Of a stretch of 64,000 bases of DNA, positions 19,584 through 29,159 are shown piece by piece. The notes beneath the pieces are model-generated. The model was not told the origin of the DNA, made no database searches, and saw only the letters and a list, made by a program, of their open reading frames with translations. The translations under genes were made by a program, and so were the position numbers. The stretch covers positions 29,287-93,286 of the forward strand of contig JACQRB010000023.1 in the NCBI GenBank assembly GCA_016206685.1, given 5' to 3'. Position 1 is the stretch's first letter; each line of letters starts with the position of its first letter. The stretch comes from Candidatus Omnitrophota bacterium. Lineage in GTDB: Bacteria > Omnitrophota > Gorgyraeia > Aquiviventales > Aquiviventaceae.

Positions 19584-21601
19584 AGCCGCATCGCTCCCAC
19601 GCCCTCCGGAGCCGCAGCCCATCTGCCCTCCATTCCGACCGCCATCGCTTCGGCTTGCGGCACCATCCCACCCAACACCCCCAGAAAGTTCCGGAAGGCC
19701 GCATTGCCGTTGAGGCCGGGGGGCACGCCAATGAAGTCGCACACCGACTCCTCGCGCAGACGATGGTTCAGAGGAGCCTCGTCTTCCTTCCCGTGTAGTC
19801 GGCGAATCAGGGCCTTCAGCCCCTCGTAGTTATGGGTGATGTACGCTCGAATCGACGGATGCTGCTCCGGTCCGAGCTGCCCGGTCGGATCGTGGAAAAA
19901 TCCCGGCACGCCGAGGTGCCAGCCGGCGCACACCGGCGTGCTGCCCGGCAGGCTGATACAGACATCCGCCGTCACGATGGGCACCCACGGATTCAGGTCC
20001 TCGTCCACCACGACGGCCCGGTCGTGGCCCTTGAGCTGCTCCACGAGGCGGTGGTACCGCTCAAACCGCTTCCCGAACCGCTGCGGCATGAGGTGTCCCC
20101 GCTTCGGCTTATAGACCAAGACGATCTCCCTCACCTCGTGGAGCACGCGGACCATATCCTCCAGGAATCGAACCGTGTACTCTTCGGTATAGGGACTGGT
20201 GTACGGGCAGGTCTGGCGTGGACGAGCCAGGGGTTTCGGGCTCGGCGGCAGATCAAAGACCGCCACATACGTGAAGGTCTCCCGGGGCGCGTCCTCTCGA
20301 TGGAGGTAGGTGCGACGTAAGACGTGCCGTTCCTGGGTGAGCACTCGTTCGTCACCGGCCATGGTCGGTCCCAGCACCGTCATGGTCAGCCGTTCGTCTT
20401 GCGGATGGCGCTCAAAGAGCCGCTTGGCCTGGGGATTCCAGCACACCAGACGAGAGGCCAGGAGATGCGCATAGAGAAAGTCATGCTGCTCACACCCGCC
20501 CGGATGGGTATAAAACACCAGCATCGCAGAGATGTTGTACATCACGGTGGCGATCCCGAGCTTGTCGAGGTAGACGACGGCCGGTTCTTCAACGCCCAAG
20601 CTGCTGTCCGTTTCCAAGAAACATGCCGGCTGGACGTGGTCAAGCAGGGGGGCGAATTTCACTACGCTGGCTAGATAGCGGCTGACCATGCCGTGCGCTG
20701 CGCCAGGAACCGGCTGGATCATCCCCCGCCCGATGGCCCCCAGCACGTCTGCCATCGCCCGCCAGAGATGCCGGGAGGACAGATGCTGGTACAGTTCCGA
20801 GAACGTGCCTACGCGGTAGGGAGTTCCGATGAGCTCGCGTCGCAGGCTTGGCACGCCAGGATCGGAGGGGTTCGGCACGATCACGAGCAGGTCGTCCGGA
20901 CGGATGCGGACGCCGTCCATCAGCCAGGTGAATGAGCGCTTCTCCGACGAGACGTGGAGCTCGTTGACGTTATCGCACCAGTAGAGATACCGGTAGGAGG
21001 CCAGCGTCCGTCGCGTGAGCCGCAGACGTGCCGCGAGTCCTCCGATCAGCCACGCGAACAGGCGCCCCCATACCACGCCGTTCAACCACCCCTCCCACAG
21101 GCGGTCACAGGCGACGTGGAACTGGGATAAGCGCCTCGTCATACCGTCGCCGTCGAAGCACGGTGAGGGGGCTGCATGGGTGGCCAGCCATGCGGACCGC
21201 GAGGAGTGCACCACAACGGCGCAGGCCGCCGACGCATGCCGTCGTCGAATCTCCTGCAAAAGACAGACGTCGTCGAACGCCCGCCCCAGCTCCTGCTTGG
21301 CCTTCGTCGAGAAGTCAATGCAAAGGCCGCGGAAGGTCCGCTGCCACGGTTCCCTCGGCAGGCGCGCAGCGATGGCTTCCCATGCCCTGAAGGTGCGCGC
21401 ACGAAATGCCCAACTGTCTTCTCTGGAGGCAAAGTAGTCGTCCGTGTCGATTTGTTCCACCCGCCGCCGCATGAAGCGGGCGCAGGAGGGATGGATATAG
21501 AGCGTTTTCACCGTGACAACAAAGGACAGTAGCCAGTAGATCGGCGCGTTGACGGGGTGGATCTCGGTGACCAGGATGACGCGCGAGGCGCGAAGGGTCA
21601 T
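19580..21601 (-). CDS. Uncharacterised polysaccharide biosynthesis protein (resembles the 'PFTS motif' family; possible GT-B nonulosonate transferase)
   Basis: 673-aa ORF with ATGA overlaps on both sides. C-terminal VAVFDLPP...LVYKPKR...ADVCISLPGSTP...G.PGFFHDP recalls that family. Function is inferred from context. Confidence 0.5.
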   Translation of the reverse strand: MTLRASRVILVTEIHPVNAPIYWLLSFVVTVKTLYIHPSCARFMRRRVEQIDTDDYFASREDSWAFRARTFRAWEAIAARLPREPWQRTFRGLCIDFSTKAKQELGRAFDDVCLLQEIRRRHASAACAVVVHSSRSAWLATHAAPSPCFDGDGMTRRLSQFHVACDRLWEGWLNGVVWGRLFAWLIGGLAARLRLTRRTLASYRYLYWCDNVNELHVSSEKRSFTWLMDGVRIRPDDLLVIVPNPSDPGVPSLRRELIGTPYRVGTFSELYQHLSSRHLWRAMADVLGAIGRGMIQPVPGAAHGMVSRYLASVVKFAPLLDHVQPACFLETDSSLGVEEPAVVYLDKLGIATVMYNISAMLVFYTHPGGCEQHDFLYAHLLASRLVCWNPQAKRLFERHPQDERLTMTVLGPTMAGDERVLTQERHVLRRTYLHREDAPRETFTYVAVFDLPPSPKPLARPRQTCPYTSPYTEEYTVRFLEDMVRVLHEVREIVLVYKPKRGHLMPQRFGKRFERYHRLVEQLKGHDRAVVVDEDLNPWVPIVTADVCISLPGSTPVCAGWHLGVPGFFHDPTGQLGPEQHPSIRAYITHNYEGLKALIRRLHGKEDEAPLNHRLREESVCDFIGVPPGLNGNAAFRNFLGVLGGMVPQAEAMAVGMEGRWAAAPEGVGAMRL

Positions 21602-22590
21602 GGGGATGAAGCCACCGAGCGTGTCACCGGCGGTGATGAGAAATCGTGCAGGGTCGTATCGAGTCGGGACCGTTCCGTCGCCCGTTGGGCTTCCCGCGCC
21701 TGATACCAGGCGATATAGCGCTCGATCCCCTCGCGCAGCCCCACCCGGGGCTCCCAGTCCAGCTCCCGCCTGGCCCGTTCGCTGGACACCTCTTTGCCCC
21801 CAAAATCTCCCGGACGACCGGGAACGGTTTCAATGCGGACCTTGTCCTTGCCCAAGATGTCCTGGATCGTCTGGGCGATCTGACGGATGGTGACTCGTTC
21901 CTTGCCGTCCAGGTTATAGATCTTGTTGGCCGCCACGCCTTTCAAGGCGAGGGCATTTCCCTCGGCGAGGTCTTCCACGTACACGAACTTGCGGTATTGG
22001 CTGCCGTCTCCTGCGATCGTCAGCGGCTCTCCCTGAAGCGCCTTGGAGACGAAGATGGGGATGACCGCTCCATCGCGAGCACGGGGACCGTACGGGATGC
22101 CGTAGCGCAGGATCGTGGTGGGCAACCCATAGAGCCGCGCGTAGGCCTGGCAATAGTATTCCGACGTCATTTTGGTCGCCGTATACAAATGGGACGGCGC
22201 GTGCAAGGGCGTGTCTTCATCAACGCACTCCTCGGCCACATCCCCATACACCCAGATGGTGCTGCCGTAGATCACCCGCGACACCTTGTTGGAGCGCGCC
22301 GCCTCCAGCACGTTGATCGTGCCCCGAACATTGATGGATTCCGAATAATGCGGGTGCTCGTAGACGCTCTTGACGTCCGCCACGGCCGCCAGGTGGAAGA
22401 CCGCGTCCACATCGGCCATCGCCATGGTCAGCGACTCCAGATCCAGGATGCTGGCCTGATAGTATTCGATGTCATCGCGGAACTTCGGCATGATCATGTC
22501 GTACACGCGCACTTGAATGCCGCGCTCGCGCAGTTTATCCACGACGTGCGATCCGATGAATCCAGAACCTCCGGTCACTAACGCTCTCAT
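21598..22590 (-). CDS. NAD-dependent epimerase/dehydratase
   Basis: MRALVTGGSGFIGSH, YTATK, LRYGIPYGP, GDGSQYRKFVYVED. Confidence 0.9.
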   Translation of the reverse strand: MRALVTGGSGFIGSHVVDKLRERGIQVRVYDMIMPKFRDDIEYYQASILDLESLTMAMADVDAVFHLAAVADVKSVYEHPHYSESINVRGTINVLEAARSNKVSRVIYGSTIWVYGDVAEECVDEDTPLHAPSHLYTATKMTSEYYCQAYARLYGLPTTILRYGIPYGPRARDGAVIPIFVSKALQGEPLTIAGDGSQYRKFVYVEDLAEGNALALKGVAANKIYNLDGKERVTIRQIAQTIQDILGKDKVRIETVPGRPGDFGGKEVSSERARRELDWEPRVGLREGIERYIAWYQAREAQRATERSRLDTTLHDFSSPPVTRSVASSP

Positions 22591-23630
22591 GCGCGCACTC
22601 CTTCATCAGTGAGATCAGGGTGATAATAGAGCGGGACGCACCAGTGGTTCCGGGCAACCCACTCCGAATTGGGGAAAGAACCGGGGTATTTCAGGATGGT
22701 ATGGCAGAGCTGATCATAGACCTTGCCGGTCGAGCGCTCGATCGGCTCAAAGACGATGTATTTGTACCACCCGGACACCATCCCCTCGGGCAGCTGCACG
22801 CGCTGCGCGTACCGAGGATGCAGAACCTCTCGGGCCACCCGGTCTTTCCAGGCCACGATCTCCTCAAGCCGATCGGTCTGCACGACGCCCAGGGCCGCCG
22901 TGAATTCCGACATGCGGTAATTGAGTCCCTCCACTTCGTAGCTCGGCTTGCCGTAGTTGCGGTAGCGCCTGGCGAACTCGATCAGCTCCGGATGCTTTGA
23001 GACCAGCATGCCGCCCTCGCCGGTCGAGATGGTCTTGGTCCCGTAGAACGAGTAGGCCCCCGCATCGCCCCACGTGCCGGGTTTGTTCCCGTGCCACGAG
23101 GCGCCCTGGGCATGCGCGCAGTCTTCCAGCAGGACGATCCCCCGCTCGCGGCAGAAGGCGGCGATGCGCTCCACGTCGAAGGCGATGTGCCCGCCGATGT
23201 GCACCAGCCACACCGCCGCCAGGTCCGGATGTTGCTTGGCCGCCAAGACCACCGCCTCGTAGCTCAGGCACAGGTCCTCCCGGTTACAGTCGCCGAACAC
23301 CACCTCCCCGCCCACCTTGAGGACGGAGAGCGGCGTCGCCATGAAGGTGTTCGTGGGACAGAGGACTTGCTTGCCCTTGAGTCCGAAATAGTCCAGGCAC
23401 GCCATGGCCGCCCCGGCCCAGCTCGACGTCGCCACAGCCGGCAGGCCGTTCCAGGTCGCCCATTTGTCTTCGAACAGCCGCGTGAACTTGCCTTCCACCC
23501 ACTGTTGGCTGCGGAAAATCTCCTCCCAAGAGGCCATCACGCATGGGATGTCGCGTGGGTCAAATCCAATCCGAAAGGACTGAAAAGCCGCCGGGGAAGG
23601 CTGCTGGAGGCCCGTCAGTGTGGGACTCAT
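22587..23630 (-). CDS. DegT/DnrJ-family aminotransferase (compact form)
   Basis: CPTNTFMAT, VHIGG, LEDCAHAQG, SFYGTKTISTGEGG, GLNYRMSE. Confidence 0.88.
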   Translation of the reverse strand: MSPTLTGLQQPSPAAFQSFRIGFDPRDIPCVMASWEEIFRSQQWVEGKFTRLFEDKWATWNGLPAVATSSWAGAAMACLDYFGLKGKQVLCPTNTFMATPLSVLKVGGEVVFGDCNREDLCLSYEAVVLAAKQHPDLAAVWLVHIGGHIAFDVERIAAFCRERGIVLLEDCAHAQGASWHGNKPGTWGDAGAYSFYGTKTISTGEGGMLVSKHPELIEFARRYRNYGKPSYEVEGLNYRMSEFTAALGVVQTDRLEEIVAWKDRVAREVLHPRYAQRVQLPEGMVSGWYKYIVFEPIERSTGKVYDQLCHTILKYPGSFPNSEWVARNHWCVPLYYHPDLTDEGVRA

Positions 23631-24409
23631 CGCTCGCCTCCGGCTGACGGCGACGGTCTGGACGCGGCTCGGGCCTCGGCGTCTTCCAGCAGATGCAGCC
23701 GCAGCTTCGCTTCGTAGCCCAGGCGCCGCAGCGGCATCTGTTTGTGCGCGCGCAGCATGGCAGGGACTTGGAAGGACCCGAGCTGGGCCAGATACGTCCG
23801 GTACGGAATCCCGCTCGTGGCCAGCGCACCAGCAACGGCGTCCACCAACTCAGGACGCGCCAGCAGCTCCTGCACCTCGAAGAATCGCCCGCCTGCGTCG
23901 GCAAATACCAGTCCGTGCGCGACGTCGAACATCGCCCACCGATCGTCCACCTTCGCGAACGAGAGCACCAACCGACCCTGATCCTCAATCTTGGCCACGT
24001 CCCAAAACGCCGGCACGCCGGCGTAGGTGGCCAGTGTGGTGAAGACGTCGGCCATCTGATCGTCTTCCCCGTAGCCCCGGACGATGATGTGCCAGATGTG
24101 GTCGTCAACCACCGGCAACTGAGGAGGGGTGGGACGAATGGAGCGCCGCGTCCATGCAAAGATCGTCAGCACGCGGTCGCGGTCAGAGGAAACGCCTGAG
24201 GTGACTTGGCGAGCCAGATCACGGGACTGGTAATGGCGGTCAAGGAAGCTCAGCCCTTTCAAATAGAGGGGGATGCGGTGCTCTGAGACAGCGAAATCAA
24301 CTCCCTGCCGCGTCGTCATCGGCATCATCAAGAGCGACCAGCCAAGCGCTCCCCCGACGCCGAGCGCTCCCCATCGCCACGCGGGGCTTCGCCATGACCG
24401 ACGGCTCAT
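23627..24409 (-). CDS. Membrane-anchored transglutaminase-like protein with degenerate catalytic triad
   Basis: N-terminal hydrophobic segment; VLTIFAWTR, HIIVRGYGEDDQMADVFTTLATYAGVPA and DDRWAMFDV resemble the transglutaminase-like core. Start at the ATGA overlap. Confidence 0.55.
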   Translation of the reverse strand: MSRRSWRSPAWRWGALGVGGALGWSLLMMPMTTRQGVDFAVSEHRIPLYLKGLSFLDRHYQSRDLARQVTSGVSSDRDRVLTIFAWTRRSIRPTPPQLPVVDDHIWHIIVRGYGEDDQMADVFTTLATYAGVPAFWDVAKIEDQGRLVLSFAKVDDRWAMFDVAHGLVFADAGGRFFEVQELLARPELVDAVAGALATSGIPYRTYLAQLGSFQVPAMLRAHKQMPLRRLGYEAKLRLHLLEDAEARAASRPSPSAGGER

Positions 24410-25080
24410 CGGCCAGACAGCTCCGCCGGGCTCATCTCGACCGCCGGACCGGCGGGCAGCGGGGCGGCTTCCGTTCGGAACTCCGGAGTTCCTTCGTCCG
24501 GAATGACGATAATCTTGGCTTCCGATACCCCGCACTGACGCAACTCCTGCTTGACGCGGGCCCGGTCGCGCAGCGACGCCACCACCGCCCAATCAAACGA
24601 GAGCTTGGCGACGTCCTCCAGGCTTCGAACCGGCTGATGCATGAAGGGGCGTGAGTTGCCGGTCTGGGGATTGCACACGGCGACAATGTGAAATCCGGTC
24701 TGCTGCAGGAGCAGAAACGCAATCTCCGCCACTTCGCCGCTGCCGCAGAGCAGGATCTGTTTCCCGGTTGAGGGCGGGATCGCGGCCAGCGTCCTGGTTA
24801 AAAATTCCCGGACTTGGCGGTAAAAATACAGGGAATACTCGATATATTCGTAGGTCAGCCGAGCTTTCTCCATGACGCCCTTCGGGGTGATCAGATAGCG
24901 AATCCGGTTGCGCTGGAGATTGACGATCTTGACGTAGCCCTTCCGCACCAAGCGACGGATGAGCAGGTTGGTCAGGCCCAACGCCAATCCCTGCTTCTTG
25001 GCCAGCCTCCGCTGCGTGATCGAGGCTTCGGAGGAGATTTCCGTGAGGAGGTGAAAGTTTCGTAACGACTCGTTGTCCAT
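24406..25080 (-). CDS. EPS-associated MarR-family winged-helix regulator with C-terminal Rossmann-like domain
   Basis: LLTEI...ITQRRLAKKQGLALGLTNLLIRRLVRKGYVKI...RIRYLITPKG..EKARLT, followed by ILLCGSGEVAEIA. Alternative GTG start at 25092. Confidence 0.88.
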   Translation of the reverse strand: MDNESLRNFHLLTEISSEASITQRRLAKKQGLALGLTNLLIRRLVRKGYVKIVNLQRNRIRYLITPKGVMEKARLTYEYIEYSLYFYRQVREFLTRTLAAIPPSTGKQILLCGSGEVAEIAFLLLQQTGFHIVAVCNPQTGNSRPFMHQPVRSLEDVAKLSFDWAVVASLRDRARVKQELRQCGVSEAKIIVIPDEGTPEFRTEAAPLPAGPAVEMSPAELSGR

Positions 25081-25085
25081 GCTGG

Positions 25086-25102
25086 TGTTCACAAATTGAA
25101 CA
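25086..25102. promoter_or_regulatory. Perfect inverted repeat TGTTCA-N5-TGAACA, putative MarR operator
   Basis: Seen directly: tgttca caaat tgaaca, lying between the predicted -10 box and the marR start codon. Confidence 0.7.
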
Positions 25103-25107
25103 TGAAT

Positions 25108-25136
25108 ATCATAAAGAAAGCTCCCCGCTCCCGCAA
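25108..25136 (-). promoter_or_regulatory. Sigma70-like promoter (-35 TTGCGG, 17-bp spacer, -10 TATGAT)
   Basis: Minus strand reads TTGCGG-gagcggggagctttctt-TATGAT in an AT-rich intergenic gap upstream of marR. Confidence 0.65.
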
Positions 25137-25143
25137 GGAAATT

Positions 25144-26091
25144 CTACGTGTGAGACTTCGCGGCCACGACTTCAAGGATCGCCCCCCGCCCCGCCATCCA
25201 ACTGGCCACCGACAAGACCACGCTCGGCACAATGAACAGGGCCGCCACCAGCCCCATCGCCACCCGTTGCGGGGTCAGCCGCGCGGCGCCGTGATCCCCC
25301 ATGAGGCGCTTGGTCAACTGATTCTGAGGAAACCCCAGCTGATTCAACGCGCTTTGCAGCCAGCCGTACGGGTCGTGCTCCCATGAGGTGAAGCGAAGGC
25401 AGCGGACCTCCAACCCCGCAGAGGCCAGCGCGTGCTTCACCGACGACGGTGAGAAATGAAACAGATGCCGTGGCACGTCCAGATGAAACCAATGCCGGCC
25501 GAACCAGCGGGCCTGCCAGCTCTCCAGGTTCGGCACCGACACCAGCAGCCACCCGCCTGGCTTCAGCCGCGCGGCGCATTGACAAAGCGCCTCCAGGGGA
25601 TCGGGAAGATGCTCCAGCACATGGAACATGATGATGAGGTCCGCGCAGGGCCTGGCTTGGATGGCCTCCAGACCTCCCGCGATGGCGGGCACGCCGTGTT
25701 CCACCCACGCCGCCCGAGCGCTCTGGGGCGTCCGCTCAATTCCCAGAACGCTCCATCCTTGACGGCGCAAGGCATCCAGCATCCACCCGTCGCCGCATCC
25801 CATGTCCAGCGCTATGCCGAGGCGGTTCATGCGTTTCGTCACGGACCGCATCCGACGCCCGTAGAGCCAACGCAGGCAAGCGCGCGTCAGCCCGGTATAC
25901 TTTCGATAGGCCGGCGGATAATAGGACGTGAGATCGTCCAGCTGCGGTTTCGTCACGCCCAAGCCACAGATGCCGCAGCGTGTGATGGCGAACTGCTGAC
26001 CCGTGATGTGGTCTCGCACCTCGTCCAGATGCGCTAGCCCCTTAGCGCCGGCGCAGAGCGGGCATCTCGGGACGACAGGTGTCTGGGCCAC
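25144..26091 (-). CDS. Class I SAM methyltransferase with N-terminal Cys4 zinc ribbon
   Basis: CPLC...CGICGL, LDMGCGDG, FHVLEHL.DP, LKPGG.L.VSVPN, PRHLFHFS. Confidence 0.88.
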   Translation of the reverse strand: MAQTPVVPRCPLCAGAKGLAHLDEVRDHITGQQFAITRCGICGLGVTKPQLDDLTSYYPPAYRKYTGLTRACLRWLYGRRMRSVTKRMNRLGIALDMGCGDGWMLDALRRQGWSVLGIERTPQSARAAWVEHGVPAIAGGLEAIQARPCADLIIMFHVLEHLPDPLEALCQCAARLKPGGWLLVSVPNLESWQARWFGRHWFHLDVPRHLFHFSPSSVKHALASAGLEVRCLRFTSWEHDPYGWLQSALNQLGFPQNQLTKRLMGDHGAARLTPQRVAMGLVAALFIVPSVVLSVASWMAGRGAILEVVAAKSHT

Positions 26092-26102
26092 TATCTGCTC
26101 CG

Positions 26103-27050
26103 TCAGCTTCTGGGGACTTCTGAGCTGAGCGCGACAGGCTTGAACGAACTGATCGCATCAACCGTCGCTTCAACCAGCATGCCATCAAAGTTGAAGGGCA
26201 GCGCAGGTCCATGCTCGCTCACCGGTTTGCCCTTGAACAGCAGCTGGCCGTGGTGAAACCGGCAGCGTGCTTCGAGATGCAGGGTGGCGTTCACTAAGGG
26301 GTCCGGTGGCGGATTGGTGGACGCCTTTTCAGATTTGGCCTGCTGGGCCTTCGGGGGAGGCGAGGCCGCTGGAGGTTCCGCAGGGGGGGCTGAGTCGAAC
26401 GGGCTGGTGTCGGCGACCTGAAGAAGACGGGCGAGCGGCTTGCCATCATACGAGACCTCCACCTGCCCTGACCGCAAACGCCTGACCTGAGTCAGCGGCA
26501 TGGGCTCGGTGATGATGCGGAGAGTAATCCAGCCCTCATCGTAGACCATGCCGCGAAGCGTATAGTCCGGCGTGGAGAACCCGAACGAAGCGCTGCTGGC
26601 CAGTATGCGGGATTGCAGCTGCCGGTCTTTGTAAAACAGACTGTCCCCCCGCAGTTCTGCCGTCACGCGCAGTCGTACGGAAACATCCCAGAACCCTGAG
26701 GAGGGGTTGGGGAGCCGCTTGACCCAGTCTCGGTCGCCAAACCGGACCACCAAGGTCTCCGGCGCCGCCTCGAGGATTTCCTCGATGCGGGCCACCTCCC
26801 ATCCGTCGGCGTCCTGCTCGACGTCGCCGACGCGAATCCGTTTGGCGGTAGCCTCGTCCACACCGGTAAACGTGACCAGCAGGTCAACGGGCAGGATTCG
26901 GTGGAGCATGGGTTGCTGCCGCCAGCGCCCGAGTGTGACGTTGATCGCGACCGTGCCGAAGCTCACCGCTGCCGCCACCAGCAGACCCGCTGACACGTCA
27001 ATAATGTTCCAACGACCCAGGAGCCGGCCGCACGGGTCAAGCAGGCGCAT
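26103..27050 (-). CDS. DUF4330-like membrane-anchored protein, apparently two tandem domains
   Basis: N-terminus MRLLDPCGRLLGRWNIIDV plus a TM helix matches the DUF4330 start pattern. Internal similarity: IRVGDVEQDADGWEVARI vs LRSGQVEVSYDGKPLARL. Confidence 0.6.
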   Translation of the reverse strand: MRLLDPCGRLLGRWNIIDVSAGLLVAAAVSFGTVAINVTLGRWRQQPMLHRILPVDLLVTFTGVDEATAKRIRVGDVEQDADGWEVARIEEILEAAPETLVVRFGDRDWVKRLPNPSSGFWDVSVRLRVTAELRGDSLFYKDRQLQSRILASSASFGFSTPDYTLRGMVYDEGWITLRIITEPMPLTQVRRLRSGQVEVSYDGKPLARLLQVADTSPFDSAPPAEPPAASPPPKAQQAKSEKASTNPPPDPLVNATLHLEARCRFHHGQLLFKGKPVSEHGPALPFNFDGMLVEATVDAISSFKPVALSSEVPRS

Positions 27051-28062
27051 GGCTTCTCACCGCGCAGACCCGCCACCCATAGCGGCCGGTGGGGCTGATG
27101 CGGACGTCCTCCAGGACATGACGGCAGCACCAGTGCGACAGCTGCTCCTCGTTATAATAGAAGCGGATCGGCGCGGACAACCGGTCCAACCAATCCGCCA
27201 CGCAGACTTCGAAGGGATAGGCGGCGTAGAGCTTGATCCGCGGCCAGGCGATCCGCTCAACCAGCGATGCGGTGAGTGACCATCGGGACGCCAGCCGATA
27301 GGGCCCGATGAAGCACGCCCAGTCCATGAGGCCGGCGAACCAGGACAGCCCCAGCAGCAGCCGCAGCGGCAGGCGCGTCGTGAGGCGCCGCGCCGCCTCC
27401 AGCATCGCGTTGATCCCCCGCCGCGTTGAGCTGTAGACCCAGATCGCAACCGTCCCGCCAGGTTTGAGGGAGCGCAAGAGATTCCCGAAGGTCGCTTCCG
27501 GCGTCGGCACATGGTGCAGGACCCCGATGGAATACACCAGGTCAAAGGTGCCCGGCCTGAACGGTAAGTGATTGAGGTCCGCCTGGATCACATGCGCCCC
27601 CGGCAGATGGGCCGTGTTGCGGTGCGCCGACTCAACCGCCGCGCTGAGATCCACGCCGATGGCTTCGGCGCCATACGTGGCCGCATAGAAGAGGTGGCGC
27701 CCGAACCCGCAGCCCGCATCCAGGACCAGCCGGTGGCGGAACGATTCGGGCGTCAGCGGCGAAACGTACTTGAGGAAATCGGCTTCAAAGACAGGATGCA
27801 TGCCCGCAAAGCGCGTCCACTGGAACCCGAAACTCCGTTGCGTGCGATGGCGCGCCTGCTCTGCCGACGAGGACGACGACGTCTGCCGCGCCATCGGCAG
27901 GAACCGCGGGATGCCGTTCACGATTGGATAGGCGGCGGCGCAGGCGCCGCAGCGCAATCCCCCGCTCTCGATCTCCTGCGTGTGGGCGGACGCGACCGCG
28001 TCCAGCGCCACATCCCCGCCGCACGCGGGACAACAGACCCATTTCAGCAACGTCCGTTTCAT
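27037..28062 (-). CDS. SAM methyltransferase with N-terminal Trm112-like domain
   Basis: MKRTLLKWVCCPACGG...LRCGAC...YPIVNGIPRF; SFGFQW; VLDAGCGFGR; SIGVLHH; LKPGG..AIWVY. Confidence 0.87.
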   Translation of the reverse strand: MKRTLLKWVCCPACGGDVALDAVASAHTQEIESGGLRCGACAAAYPIVNGIPRFLPMARQTSSSSSAEQARHRTQRSFGFQWTRFAGMHPVFEADFLKYVSPLTPESFRHRLVLDAGCGFGRHLFYAATYGAEAIGVDLSAAVESAHRNTAHLPGAHVIQADLNHLPFRPGTFDLVYSIGVLHHVPTPEATFGNLLRSLKPGGTVAIWVYSSTRRGINAMLEAARRLTTRLPLRLLLGLSWFAGLMDWACFIGPYRLASRWSLTASLVERIAWPRIKLYAAYPFEVCVADWLDRLSAPIRFYYNEEQLSHWCCRHVLEDVRISPTGRYGWRVCAVRSHAPA

Positions 28063-29159
28063 GACTTCGCGCGTCTCCCGGCTGACGCCGCAGATTGCAG
28101 CAGGTGAATCAGGGCCGGCGCGTTCACCACCACGCTGTAGCGCTGAGCCACCGTGCGGCGCCCGGCCTGCCCCAGGCGGGCCCGCAGGTCCGGCTGCTCG
28201 ATCAGCTCCGCGAGCCGGGCGGACCACTCCTCGGGCGAGGAAGCCAGCAGACCGTTCACGCCGTCTTGAATCAGATCGCGATTCGCGCCGAAATTCGAGG
28301 CGACGAGCGGCACCCCGGCTGCCATATACAGGACCGCCTTGTAGCAGGCCTTGCCTCGGTCAAACTCGGATCCCCCCAACGGATAGACCCCGATGTTGAA
28401 ACCCTGCACCAGCCGGCTTTCCTCCTGAAGACTCCACGGGACATTCTCCACCATCACCCCTGGCATGTGAATCGGCCGGCCGGCCCCCACGACCGCGACG
28501 CGGATCGCGTACCGCCTGGCCAGCGCCTGAAAGACCTCGACCAGCTGCAGCAGATAGGAGGCGGTGGAATGTGTTCCGATCCAGCCGATCGTGAGCGGCC
28601 CATTGGAGGCAGCCGGCGGACCGTCCCGAAACCGCGCCGGATCTTCCGGCGTGGGCAGGACCGTGACCTGGGCGGTGAATTGCTTCGCATACGCTTCCAG
28701 ATAGCGATTGCCGACGACGGCATGGGCGCAGTGACGCAGCATCCATGGCACCTTGGGGTGCCACTTCAGCCACTGCCACACACGCCCCTGAAACCGTTCC
28801 TGAGGACCGGGTAAATGAATGGCGTCATCAAGGTCATAGACGATGGGGCGTCTGAACACCAGGAGCAACCATTCAAAGATCGGCGGGCCGATCGGCGCGC
28901 ATTCCCGGTAGATATACACCACGTCGTAGTCCCGGCTGCGCAGGCAGTCCCGGAACCGACGCAGGACCGCGTTCAAGAAATAGACGGCTTTCCGGCCCCA
29001 GCGTCCCGGTTGATACGCGATGGCGAAGAACGCCTCATCCATGAACGGACGCACCGTGCCCTCGATGCCTGCGGCGCGGAGAGAGGGGAGATACTGGATG
29101 ATGCGGACCCGACATCCCGCCCCCTCCAGCGGGACAGGGCTCAGAAACAGCACGTTCAT
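28059..29159 (-). CDS. GT4 glycosyltransferase
   Basis: IVYDLDDAI, IGWIGT.ST..YL, FNIGVYPL, GKACYK..LYMAAGVP.VAS, DGVNGLLA. Confidence 0.9.
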   Translation of the reverse strand: MNVLFLSPVPLEGAGCRVRIIQYLPSLRAAGIEGTVRPFMDEAFFAIAYQPGRWGRKAVYFLNAVLRRFRDCLRSRDYDVVYIYRECAPIGPPIFEWLLLVFRRPIVYDLDDAIHLPGPQERFQGRVWQWLKWHPKVPWMLRHCAHAVVGNRYLEAYAKQFTAQVTVLPTPEDPARFRDGPPAASNGPLTIGWIGTHSTASYLLQLVEVFQALARRYAIRVAVVGAGRPIHMPGVMVENVPWSLQEESRLVQGFNIGVYPLGGSEFDRGKACYKAVLYMAAGVPLVASNFGANRDLIQDGVNGLLASSPEEWSARLAELIEQPDLRARLGQAGRRTVAQRYSVVVNAPALIHLLQSAASAGRRAKS

